Source: a virus
Reading direction: 5' to 3' (one strand)
IMG/VR virus record: IMGVR_UViG_3300010244_000098
Length of the DNA stretch: 64,000 bases
Below are positions 40,001-48,608 of this stretch, in pieces. Under the pieces are notes generated by a model, which ran no database searches, had not been told where the DNA came from, and worked only from the letters and a program-made list of their open reading frames with translations. Within the stretch, counting starts at the first letter, position 1; every line of letters starts with the position of its first letter. The translations under genes were made by a program, and so were the position numbers.

Positions 40001-40312
40001 CGTATATTCTATACGAAGAAAACCGAAGAAGCCCTGCAGGCAACCATGGTTGTTATCAACCGAACCATTAAGAAAGACAATCCAGAAGCCCTGCGTATTG
40101 CTGATGAAACAAATCTCCTTGAGGACTCTGATTATCATACCGATGATAAAGTTCATGCTGGAACCATGAAAATTACAGGAGCCGATACGGAACAATGGTT
40201 TACAATCAAAAACCAAAGTACGGCGACTATCGACTGGCAATTTGTGAATGACTTTGACATTGAAGCCTATGTTGATAGTGTCCAAGATCAGTGGGATAAC
40301 TGGGCTGTATAG
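37025..40312 (+). CDS. family B DNA polymerase with 3'-5' exonuclease (phage type)
   Basis: ExoI FYDYEV, ExoII GYNSSGYD, ExoIII YNVND; polymerase motifs GGVHG, DISSYYP, KLLLNAASG, SGQL, INTDGV, KDSNNR. Confidence 0.85.
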   Translation: MVAYNRFDVFYDYEVLQNVTTNAMLYPGAKKIIIPYNTHMDSIQPGDHELHVTPDDEQWIRDYVIEQNKSSLRRWGVPEDNVQLTSNFVGEIVQLNTVNKRYTLPYHGGTMFGYNSSGYDVAITAFLLDEINELLKSNKNDPKAVNISAKDVRQFSDALINGPSKSPWQGVRDYGDQYTRRSLFNTFATLMNNPYNIDVQSLNAKMSKTALKRLAAQGGFKIETSDKLSEQASTLHSVEELAELLAYNVNDIFATLWLFEQKPYQTPYNQRITLIDRYGDNQFKDKNIKRDSTEAKLIENVISPRESLTDDPEVSLAYPVTRGYMPDSFKNPDFTLEQANALYNHLEDVAKKSHPALFNENPSKAMNMYLFEKYEEEKDRNPEHLIVKHFFFKNGSNKIMASNGEFVYTADGYKGFNRTMLSALGEYILNTGNRETNDAQKQLNLQEKDDLMKRASPNDNTPEVKWDETVNTVIEHIAEDHPFYPWFYYEDGMRKVVAKDKRLMVDLLNYVSKHYNLPQDVYTYYDAYRGQDMGVRDASKAVKAQLEKDGYKHLKSGAAVLLTPESPVYVTMSIGGVHGNLIDLEKYKEDKATADTYNGERQAVIDFYREKASQFSAEKYIKLTGETSQQEQDKIYSLLGKISDDPADDTVPAVLARRTKRNGFVLGEGQDIQDMEPYQFTTGSYSQAKFKTKKTTKSLKTYTTTLYDFDVVHMDISSYYPTLISILQTLKAPSGQDQYNDLRLERIKLKERIPSDPATWNEQDKEDQSIQLANKLLLNAASGAADASYDNNIRVNNKAYRMRISGQLILLALSLDIAEAGGVPNSINTDGVYAHDISEDTADTLIQSWASLYSLEADTEMVDILISKDSNNRIEYYLSDRGESIIASGGTVGNWEGTTLTGNLNRPPIVDRALTYYLINHDSPLTHFDRKYVTDYITGFIQDRLEKAKEDPEEREDLFNYFQTPFVSNVNKNRYIVYKDTNDQWSFPSPINRIFYTKKTEEALQATMVVINRTIKKDNPEALRIADETNLLEDSDYHTDDKVHAGTMKITGADTEQWFTIKNQSTATIDWQFVNDFDIEAYVDSVQDQWDNWAV

Positions 40313-40322
40313 ATGAAAGACC

Positions 40323-40347
40323 AAAAGAGCCCCGCAAGGGCTCTTTT
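40323..40347 (+). terminator. intrinsic terminator
   Basis: AAAAGAGCCC-CGCAA-GGGCTCTTTT. Confidence 0.85.
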
Positions 40348-40383
40348 ATTTTTATACTCTAAGAAAAGAAAGGAACGCCCCCT

Positions 40384-41193
40384 ATGACCTCACAAAAACA
40401 AAAACCCATGGATTTTCTCTCCATTGTTGTCAAAACCATGTTGTCTGCGGGTACATACCGTATCCAACGAGAGCCGTTTACTCTCTATCCTGAGACCAAC
40501 GGCACGGATAAGACAGATCCGGGATTGGCTACAAGAGAAGGATTGCTTAAAAGTGTCTACCGCCTGTTCGAAATGGACTGGGTGGAGTCCTTTGACAGCA
40601 ACCCTTACCGTTTTTTAACACAGAACCAAATCGACTATGGCATAAATAGTGAGTTTGCCTTGTCTTTTGATCCCTTCCGCAGTGTGGCCTATATCGATTA
40701 CAGCATTCAGCCGGAAGACCCTGCTCATCCGGTCATCACCTTCCCTATCACCCAGACGATTCCTATGAGTGCCGGAGATATAGCTACCATCGGCAACCCT
40801 ATGGAACGAGCGCTGAAAGACCTGATCAGCCGAGCCGACGATCAACATTTTGACGAAGTCAACGAGCAGACCATTGCGTTATTGAGCGAGACACATCCTT
40901 CGACGAAGCAGGTCTGGTTCACTTTCAAAGAGCAACTGATTATGCAACTCTCTCAAGTCGACTTCTCTACCCTGTTTGGAAACAGTGAATGGAAAGAAAG
41001 CATTTATCAAAATCACGTCGTTATCACGATGACCGATGAGAACCATCAGGGTTATCCGTCGATTTCTATATTTGACGGCGACCCCGTAATTCAAAATCGA
41101 AACGAACTCAACCGGGCGGACATGGTCGTGCCCTCCCCGATGTTTTCATTTAGCCGAGTGGAGTACGAACCCTTTACTGACCCCCTTTCCTAG
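40384..41193 (+). CDS. hypothetical protein
   Basis: RBS AAAGGAA, 269 aa, no recognised motif. Confidence 0.7.
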   Translation: MTSQKQKPMDFLSIVVKTMLSAGTYRIQREPFTLYPETNGTDKTDPGLATREGLLKSVYRLFEMDWVESFDSNPYRFLTQNQIDYGINSEFALSFDPFRSVAYIDYSIQPEDPAHPVITFPITQTIPMSAGDIATIGNPMERALKDLISRADDQHFDEVNEQTIALLSETHPSTKQVWFTFKEQLIMQLSQVDFSTLFGNSEWKESIYQNHVVITMTDENHQGYPSISIFDGDPVIQNRNELNRADMVVPSPMFSFSRVEYEPFTDPLS

Positions 41194-41264
41194 GGGGTAC
41201 AGAATAAAAGCCCCTTTGTGCTACAATTACACAGAAACGACGGAACAGAAAGGAATGACTCTTA

Positions 41265-43655
41265 TTGAGTAAACAAAAACCATCGTGGCGACATCGCCAT
41301 CCGATGTTGCATGCGGTTTTTAAATGGTTTGGACGGTTTGCCTTTGTCGGCATCGTCATTGCTTTACTGGTTGGTGTTGGCGGAGCCCTGTATGTCCGGG
41401 ATACATTGCAGGACGTTCCAGAAATCACGGAAGAATCCCTGCGGAGCGACCCCAGCAGTAATATGTACGCTGCAAACGGGAACCGTATATGGAGCTCAGC
41501 CAAAAACCGACGGGTTTACGTCGACCATGAAGACCTCCCGCAACAATATATCGACATGTTGCTTGCAACCGAACAAGACACGTTTTATGAAGATCCGGGG
41601 TTCAGCCCTAAAGGACTGATCAACGCTTTCTTATCGGTTGTTAAAAACGCCTTCGGTCAAGGAGAAATTCGCGGAGGGTCAAGTATCGAACAACAATTAA
41701 TCAAACTAACTGCCTTCTCAACAAGCGCCGAAGACCGTACCGTAGACCGAAAAATCAAGGAGTTTTACCTGGCCAATCAACTGTATGAAAACTATTCGAA
41801 AGACCAGATACTAGAGTTTTACGTCAATAAACTGGCTTTATCAGAAAACTCTTTCGGTGCTCAAACCTTAGCCCGTACCTATTACGATAAGCCTCTTGAT
41901 GAGCTGTCAACAGCGAAATTGGCCCTAATAGCCGGTGCCGGACAGGCGCCCAGCGCCTACAATGTGTATGAGCATCCGGAAAATGCCAAGAACCGCCGGG
42001 ACACGGTTCTGTATCTTTCAAAAGAACAGGGAGCTATTTCCGGTGAAGACTACCAAAACGCCGTTGACGAACCTATCGACGACGGATTGATGCCTCAAGG
42101 CTGGCAACAAGAGAAAAACGAAAATGTGGTAATCCAATACGACGGGTACATTCAAGAAACTTTGAATCAAATTGAAGCTATGGGGTATAACCTAAGCGAA
42201 ACCCCTCTTCAGATTCATACGGCGTTGCAACCTGACTTACATAACCATATTCGTGACTTATTCAACAACCATCCGGAGTATTTCCAAGACGAAACACACC
42301 AGGCTGCCGCGACGGTTATCGAAAACCAGACAGGTCGTGTCCTCGCTCAAGTTGGTGGCCGGAATAAAACCCAGATCGGAGGAATCAACAGAGCCACGGG
42401 GACGACACGAAGTACAGGAAGTTCGACCAAGCCGTTTATCTATGCCTCCGGTATGGAAAAATACGGCTGGGGCACCAGTCAACCTTTTAGCGGAGCCAAT
42501 TACCGCTATGCCGGAACAGACGTGTGGGCTTACAACTACGGAATGCAACAGGTCGGACAGACAAACCTGCAGGAAGCTTTGCGTAAGTCCTACAATACGC
42601 CTGTTTTAAGAGCGTTTGACCAAGTTGGCGCCACCGATGTGGCCCAGACTCTGAGTGACCTGGGGCTCCCTTACTATGACAACTTAACAAGCAGTCATGC
42701 TCTGGGGTTGAATGCCAGTACCGAACACGTCAGCAGCGCCTTTTCCACTGTGGCCAACGGCGGAACATACCGCCAACCGCAGTACGCAACAAAAATTGTG
42801 TTCCCTGACAAATCGGAACGAACCATTGAACAAACCGGAGAACAAGCTATTCAGTCCAGTACAGCATGGCAGGTGATCCATACCCTTCAGGGCGTTGACT
42901 ACGCTCAAGAGGACGGAAGGGACAATGCTTATGTCGAAGGTCTGCCCCAAGCCCTGAAGACAGGAACTGTGGCTTACCCCGACGGAGCCGGAAACCCGAG
43001 CAACACGGCTATGGATCTATGGACCACCGGCGCTACACCGGACGTCTCTCTGGCCATCTGGCACGGCTATGACGCCCCGATGGACAACGGCTGGCTGTAT
43101 GAGGAGTACATGTCTCAAAGAAAGCACGACCTTTACCGGGACATTATAAAGAAAGCCGTCGAACCCTATGAGGGCTCCGGGTGGTCGGCGCCGGACTCCG
43201 TCACCCAAAATTCAGGTGACGGTCTGTCCGCCCACTATACGCCCGATGCCGTTATCACGTCGCATTTCGATGCCCATCCGACTCATGAAACCCTTGATGA
43301 GCAGACCAAGCCTTATTTTGGAAGCAAAGAGGAAGAGACCCAAGTCGAACGAGGCGACGAAGAATACGAACAGGTTCCTGAAGATTATGAACTCGGTCAA
43401 TGGAAAGACGATGTTGATGCCTTCGGTCAAGATGTAGATGAACAGATCCAGAATCTGCAAGAACAAAAAGACCAATTGGACCAAGAGTGGCAGGAGGAAA
43501 AAGAACAGCTGACCTCTGATAATGAATCCGCTCAAGATGATCTAGACGAAGCTCAAAAGGCATACGAGGAGGAGGTGCAGGCTCTTGAAGAAGACATCCA
43601 AGAAGCGCAGGAAGAGGCAGACGAACAAGTTGAAGAAGCAACACAAAGCGAATAA
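41265..43655 (+). CDS. class A penicillin-binding protein (transglycosylase-transpeptidase, PBP1A-like)
   Basis: TM anchor; GT51 motifs ATEQDTFY, GGSSIEQQLIK, RKIKE, ILEFYVN; transpeptidase SxxK (SSTK), SYN, KTGT; acidic coiled-coil tail. Confidence 0.92.
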   Translation: MSKQKPSWRHRHPMLHAVFKWFGRFAFVGIVIALLVGVGGALYVRDTLQDVPEITEESLRSDPSSNMYAANGNRIWSSAKNRRVYVDHEDLPQQYIDMLLATEQDTFYEDPGFSPKGLINAFLSVVKNAFGQGEIRGGSSIEQQLIKLTAFSTSAEDRTVDRKIKEFYLANQLYENYSKDQILEFYVNKLALSENSFGAQTLARTYYDKPLDELSTAKLALIAGAGQAPSAYNVYEHPENAKNRRDTVLYLSKEQGAISGEDYQNAVDEPIDDGLMPQGWQQEKNENVVIQYDGYIQETLNQIEAMGYNLSETPLQIHTALQPDLHNHIRDLFNNHPEYFQDETHQAAATVIENQTGRVLAQVGGRNKTQIGGINRATGTTRSTGSSTKPFIYASGMEKYGWGTSQPFSGANYRYAGTDVWAYNYGMQQVGQTNLQEALRKSYNTPVLRAFDQVGATDVAQTLSDLGLPYYDNLTSSHALGLNASTEHVSSAFSTVANGGTYRQPQYATKIVFPDKSERTIEQTGEQAIQSSTAWQVIHTLQGVDYAQEDGRDNAYVEGLPQALKTGTVAYPDGAGNPSNTAMDLWTTGATPDVSLAIWHGYDAPMDNGWLYEEYMSQRKHDLYRDIIKKAVEPYEGSGWSAPDSVTQNSGDGLSAHYTPDAVITSHFDAHPTHETLDEQTKPYFGSKEEETQVERGDEEYEQVPEDYELGQWKDDVDAFGQDVDEQIQNLQEQKDQLDQEWQEEKEQLTSDNESAQDDLDEAQKAYEEEVQALEEDIQEAQEEADEQVEEATQSE

Positions 43656-45186
43656 TCGAAAGAAACAGGAAGATACGTTTCGTCATAAACACCCGTTTCT
43701 CTCCTCGTTTTGGCTGAAGAATATAAAACCTCTGCTTCTTGTCACGGCTGTTGTGTCAGCCGGCTTCATTGGTGTTATCACCTGGCATTTATGGGGGCAG
43801 TATCAAGACAGTGTGTATTGGGCAGAGCACCATGATGAGAATATCGTCATGGCTGACCAGCCCCCTTCCCTGCTTTATGATACAGACGCAACGTCCCGAA
43901 ATGCCAAGATGAGTTTTACAAGCCTTGTCCAATCCGTGTATGACCAGGAGACCCGGGACTTCACAGAAGAAATGAACCAGGAGTCTATGGACCAGTTACA
44001 GGCTCAGTTAGACCAGATGACCAATGATGACTACAAGCAGACCTACATCGATCAGTTTGAACGACTGGAGAACAAATGGACGATTGAGCAGGCGTATCGA
44101 GCGCTTTATACCAACGAGGAGTTCACAACGATACGCGCTGATGTAACCCCTCATCAAATTGTTGCTCTAAACAACGATACGTTCGAAGCCATTGACGAAT
44201 ACTCTCTGGACAGCAACCACACGGACCAGTTTGCCATCCGTATTCATGAGTGGCAGACCAAACTCTTAGAAGACGTATTGACGATACAAAACCAAACGTT
44301 GACCTTAAGCCAGTGGTTGAATCAGAGTGACGAAAGCTACACCGTTCAAGCAGACTTGTATCCGGGTCAATTGGACCCTTTTGTGACGAGTCTAGAGGAC
44401 ATGACCCTGCATTATGAATGGAACAATACAGGAAAACTCCAGACCGTTGTTCAGCGCATGCAGACGATCACCCAGAAATATCAAGAACGCCACGACGCAT
44501 ACAATACCTACGTGGCCGATGTTGAAGACGGGGAGGAAGCCAGAGCTGAACACCAGCAGCGTCTGGACACGGCAAAGGCCAACCTAGAGAACCATCAGGA
44601 ACAAATCAACCAGGCGCGTCAAGAACTCCAGGAAAACGAACAGGCCACCCGTCAGTTGATCGACGACTTAAGCGACCAATTAGATGAGGCCAAAAGCCGT
44701 GCTGAAGATGAACAGCAGACCATTCAAGAGGACGCCGAACAGGCCATTGAAGACTTCGAGCAGGAGCAACAGGAAGAGCGGGAACGAGACCAACAAGAAC
44801 AGGAGGAGGAAGAAACCCGCGAGGACGAATCTGAGAACGACGAAGACAACGAATCGTCCGAGGACTCCTCTGAAGACGATGATTCCGGGTCCGATGATGA
44901 CAATGGAAACGAGGAAGAATCGTCTCCGCCGGGTAACAACGAATCAGACTCCAGCAGCACGGAGGAACCCTCCTCCAGTGCCCCGCCGGACTCTGACGAA
45001 GCGTCAGGTTTGACCGAAGACGCATTGGACAACCTTGTCGGCGAACCGCTTCCCGAAGACTTGTCTATTCCGCACGAAATCGAATACGAAGACGATGCGG
45101 ATGAAGAAACCGATAATCTCGTTGTTCAGGAATACACCATTAATAATGAAGAAGAAGTGGTCCAGTTTATACTGGGAACAGAATGA
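43585..45186 (+). CDS. membrane-anchored protein with MapZ-like extracellular helical domain, coiled coil and acidic linker
   Basis: Basic N-terminus, one TM helix, repeated VY/LY-x-(D/N)...F pattern (VQSVYDQETRDF; YRALYTNEEFTTIRADVT). The MapZ similarity is tentative. Confidence 0.5.
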   Translation: MKKTSKKRRKRQTNKLKKQHKANNRKKQEDTFRHKHPFLSSFWLKNIKPLLLVTAVVSAGFIGVITWHLWGQYQDSVYWAEHHDENIVMADQPPSLLYDTDATSRNAKMSFTSLVQSVYDQETRDFTEEMNQESMDQLQAQLDQMTNDDYKQTYIDQFERLENKWTIEQAYRALYTNEEFTTIRADVTPHQIVALNNDTFEAIDEYSLDSNHTDQFAIRIHEWQTKLLEDVLTIQNQTLTLSQWLNQSDESYTVQADLYPGQLDPFVTSLEDMTLHYEWNNTGKLQTVVQRMQTITQKYQERHDAYNTYVADVEDGEEARAEHQQRLDTAKANLENHQEQINQARQELQENEQATRQLIDDLSDQLDEAKSRAEDEQQTIQEDAEQAIEDFEQEQQEERERDQQEQEEEETREDESENDEDNESSEDSSEDDDSGSDDDNGNEEESSPPGNNESDSSSTEEPSSSAPPDSDEASGLTEDALDNLVGEPLPEDLSIPHEIEYEDDADEETDNLVVQEYTINNEEEVVQFILGTE

Positions 45187-45256
45187 TAAACGTCCCCGAA
45201 CGCTCTGCGTCCGGGGATAAAAAAGAAAAAAATGATGACAATGAAGAAAGGAGATT

Positions 45257-46255
45257 ATGATGAAACCGACGATTCCTGAACGAATCCCTAAAGAACTCGT
45301 CGAAGCGCCCATATGGACCTTATCGGGTGCTTCGAAGATCCCATTGGATCCTTATGCGTTGATCTATCGGGACCAGAAAAGAGGGTTTTCCCCGAAAAAG
45401 CACCAATTAATGCCTTTGGAGAAGATATGGGCATATCTCCAAGAAACCGACGACGAGGACTTAAAGGCCGCCATGCGAGTCACGTCCGACCTTCCCTATG
45501 TCGTTGTTGATATCGAGCCCGAAGGAATGATTAGCGGGAGCCCTTATTTCAAATGGCCGTATGTGTATCTGGAATACTCCAGGAACTACGGTATGCACGG
45601 CATTCTCCCCTTCTCGCCCCCTGAGGAGTATGCTTATCTGAAAGAGAAATTTATGATTAAAGACCCGGCTTGGGAAAGTGAAGTTCTTGTCGGCAAAGGC
45701 CACTTTGCAACCTTTACGTTCAATGAGCAGCCGTTGAATCAAACGGACGAACGTCGCCTTTTTTCAGCAAGTCCCCTGTTCCAGGAAGGCTTCGCTGAAC
45801 ACTTAGCGAGCAAGACGAAGAAGACACGGACTATGGACTCCGACGCCGCTATCCAAATGGAACCCGGTCAGTTCAAGGACCTGACGGATACGGCAATCGG
45901 TTCATACGACCAGTCCATCGCTGACTCTATTTTAGAAAGCGCAGAAACTCTTGAAATTGATTCGACCGATGATCCGTCCCATGCCGAAAATAGAAAGATT
46001 CTGCAGATTTACAACTTTATGATTTATAGAGACAAGGCCTATCTATCCGAATCGAACTTAGAAAGCCGAACCATTCCGCTGTTATGGTCGTTAACCAAAG
46101 ACCTTATTCCTGCCCGGGAGAAACACAGCACGTTACGGGACTCCGCCGATTATGGAGAAGTGCCTTGGCTGGGTTATGTCATGTTGGGAGGGATTGAATA
46201 TATTCGAAACAGTGCTCTCAATGATGAAGAAAAAGCCCGTTGGGTGAAGCAATAA
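45257..46255 (+). CDS. stand-alone prim-pol (AEP, NrS-1-like N-terminal domain)
   Basis: RIPKELVEAPIW...KIP...VVVDIE...YLEYSRNYGMHGI...EV...HFATFT. Confidence 0.65.
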   Translation: MMKPTIPERIPKELVEAPIWTLSGASKIPLDPYALIYRDQKRGFSPKKHQLMPLEKIWAYLQETDDEDLKAAMRVTSDLPYVVVDIEPEGMISGSPYFKWPYVYLEYSRNYGMHGILPFSPPEEYAYLKEKFMIKDPAWESEVLVGKGHFATFTFNEQPLNQTDERRLFSASPLFQEGFAEHLASKTKKTRTMDSDAAIQMEPGQFKDLTDTAIGSYDQSIADSILESAETLEIDSTDDPSHAENRKILQIYNFMIYRDKAYLSESNLESRTIPLLWSLTKDLIPAREKHSTLRDSADYGEVPWLGYVMLGGIEYIRNSALNDEEKARWVKQ

Positions 46256-46398
46256 CGGGAGTTTGGAGCACCTAGGAATTCATATTCGGCTGTGATATAC
46301 TTAATGTGTACAAAACACTATTGTGTCACAGACACAATAGTGTAAATAAAGCAAAGATGACAAAATAAATAATGACTTAAAAGGAGTTATGATACATC

Positions 46399-47961
46399 AT
46401 GGCGAATACAACTGCATTAACGAATACAAAGGTTAAAGACTTTGATATTGCTGATTCAAATGGTCAGTACAAACTGATTGTAGAAGAAGAAAACCCGTTT
46501 GCTCTTTTTGACAGCGGAGGCTTAACATACGAAATTATGTTGTTCTCTCGTTCGTATCAAGACGGAAAAATCGAAGAAGAATCAATCGAACAGACCCAAA
46601 ACACATTAAGAGAACAACTGGGCGATGAGAACATTGTTTTCACAGACCCCAAAAACGCAACGGACGACGCAAATCATTTCGAAAACTGGGTGAAAAATCA
46701 CGTCGGCGCTCCTGTTAAATTGGTTACTAAAGGCGACGGCAACTATTATCACTTAGGCGAAGGCCGTTCCGGCGGAAGCTTCCTGGGTGACTCTCGATTC
46801 TTGAAGAACTATGAGAAAGTCACAGGGACTTATGACCCGACAGAGCACCGTGTCCGTTTCTTTGATTCATTGACAGAGAAACAAAAAGAAGCAGTTGAGA
46901 CAAAAGACGAAACGCGCTTCTCGTCTATTTATAAGTCCAACAGCGGAAGCTTCAAGAGTTTAAACATGGAAGGCGTTGTAACGGACGTTATCTTGACGCA
47001 TTTAGATAATCAAGACAACTCTCCTCAACGATTCACTCGTGACGAAATTCGTACAGAAATCATCGATACGTTAGCGTCTGGAACGAAAGTTGTTGAGAAC
47101 AACAAATACTTAGCGGACCAAATCGAAAGCCTTCCTGAAGACTTTGCTTATATGGAATTGTTAACTATTGTCGGTGGTTCGGGTGCCGAAAACGTTCAAG
47201 GAACAAAACAACACGCTATTAGCGGCTTCTTGAGCAGTATTGCTCGAATCTCTATACGTTTCCATATTCAAAATCCTGAAACAGGCTATGTGTTCCAGTC
47301 CACAGCAATCAACGCCGGTGGAAACAAAGGAGCTATCGAAAGCAACAGCCTGCAATTCGAAATCGTTACGGGAGACGAAACGATGCGTGACTTTGCGTCA
47401 TTCATGACGAAATTGGCAAAACTTCCGACAACAGACATGAGTGCGCAGGATATTCTACAGGTCTTAGTTGAAAACGGCTTTTACAACAAAGAAGAAGGCC
47501 GTATGTTGACTGACGATGCGCAAAGTATGCTGGACGCAACAAGAGCTGTGATGAACGGCCGTGTTATTGATATCTCGTCTTCTCTTGTTACACCGAGAGA
47601 CGGCGAAAAAGATATTGATAAACTGGGCTCGAAAATCCGCGGTTTACATGCGAACCAAAGCAACGACAATATTAAGACGGCATTGGTTCAGCCAAGCGAA
47701 GCACCGGCTCCTTCTCAAGAAGCAGATGCTGTCAGCGACCCGTTCCAATCTCTAAAAGCTGAAACACCAGAAGAAACCCCATCACAAGAAGCAACGAATG
47801 ACGTGCAAGGCAATCCATTTGCAGAAGATGCAGAGGAAGAACCAAGCGCTAACCCGTTTGCTGACGATACTGACGACGTTGAAGAAGTCCCTTCTTCTGA
47901 TGAAGCAACAGACACATCAGACGAAGAAGAAAAAGACCTTCTCGACAACCCGTTCAAGTAA
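46399..47961 (+). CDS. hypothetical protein with SSB-like acidic tail (four D/N-P-F motifs)
   Basis: Own extended -10 promoter and terminator, strong RBS; tail SDPFQ, GNPFA, ANPFA, DLLDNPFK. Confidence 0.6.
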   Translation: MANTTALTNTKVKDFDIADSNGQYKLIVEEENPFALFDSGGLTYEIMLFSRSYQDGKIEEESIEQTQNTLREQLGDENIVFTDPKNATDDANHFENWVKNHVGAPVKLVTKGDGNYYHLGEGRSGGSFLGDSRFLKNYEKVTGTYDPTEHRVRFFDSLTEKQKEAVETKDETRFSSIYKSNSGSFKSLNMEGVVTDVILTHLDNQDNSPQRFTRDEIRTEIIDTLASGTKVVENNKYLADQIESLPEDFAYMELLTIVGGSGAENVQGTKQHAISGFLSSIARISIRFHIQNPETGYVFQSTAINAGGNKGAIESNSLQFEIVTGDETMRDFASFMTKLAKLPTTDMSAQDILQVLVENGFYNKEEGRMLTDDAQSMLDATRAVMNGRVIDISSSLVTPRDGEKDIDKLGSKIRGLHANQSNDNIKTALVQPSEAPAPSQEADAVSDPFQSLKAETPEETPSQEATNDVQGNPFAEDAEEEPSANPFADDTDDVEEVPSSDEATDTSDEEEKDLLDNPFK

Positions 47962-47971
47962 CATTCGTCCA

Positions 47972-48004
47972 TAGCCCTATCTTCTGAGATAGGGCTTCTT
48001 TTTT
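47972..48004 (+). terminator. intrinsic terminator
   Basis: AGCCCTATCT-TCTG-AGATAGGGCT-TCTTTTT. Confidence 0.85.
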
Positions 48005-48022
48005 AAGAAAGGAGCATACACT

Positions 48023-48601
48023 ATGCCAATAACTGATATTTGGAAAAAAGTAAAAACTAATGTTAAAAACCTGGGAAACCTGCTTTCGAAAAACAAGGAG
48101 AAGCAACCGATCGGTCTTCCCTCCCCTGACACTCAACGCTATGAGTTAACCGATGAAACCTTTGAGATACAAACCGGAACAAAACCGATCACATTATACC
48201 GTATACGCTCGCTGACGACGTTTACGTGGAATCACCCTTACGAGAACCCGTATCACATAAAACGTGGAGATTTGGGCGGTTTTGTGGAGAAAAGAGACAA
48301 TCTTGACGAATACTCCAACGCATGGATTGCCGAAAACGCTATGGTCTACGGCGACGCTGTCGTCACCGACAAAGCGCTCGTTCGCGGTCAAGCAAGCGTA
48401 TCCGGCTACGCGTCGATCTCTGGGAACAGTTTGGTCCAAGACCTTGTTGCCGTAAAAGACTTTGCGAAAATATCTGGAACAGCCGTTGTCTATGACGCAA
48501 TCACCATTGAAGACCAAACAGAAATCAAAAACGATGTGTACGTCCGTGGAGACAAACGTGTCCGTGTTAACAAGGACAGCCCGCAGACCGTACTCGGATA
48601 A
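48023..48601 (+). CDS. phage-type left-handed beta-helix (hexapeptide repeat) protein
   Basis: LYRIRSL...GDLGGFVEK..NL...NAWIAENAMVYGDAVVTDKALVRGQASVSG. Confidence 0.75.
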   Translation: MPITDIWKKVKTNVKNLGNLLSKNKEKQPIGLPSPDTQRYELTDETFEIQTGTKPITLYRIRSLTTFTWNHPYENPYHIKRGDLGGFVEKRDNLDEYSNAWIAENAMVYGDAVVTDKALVRGQASVSGYASISGNSLVQDLVAVKDFAKISGTAVVYDAITIEDQTEIKNDVYVRGDKRVRVNKDSPQTVLG

Positions 48602-48608
48602 GAGGGAT

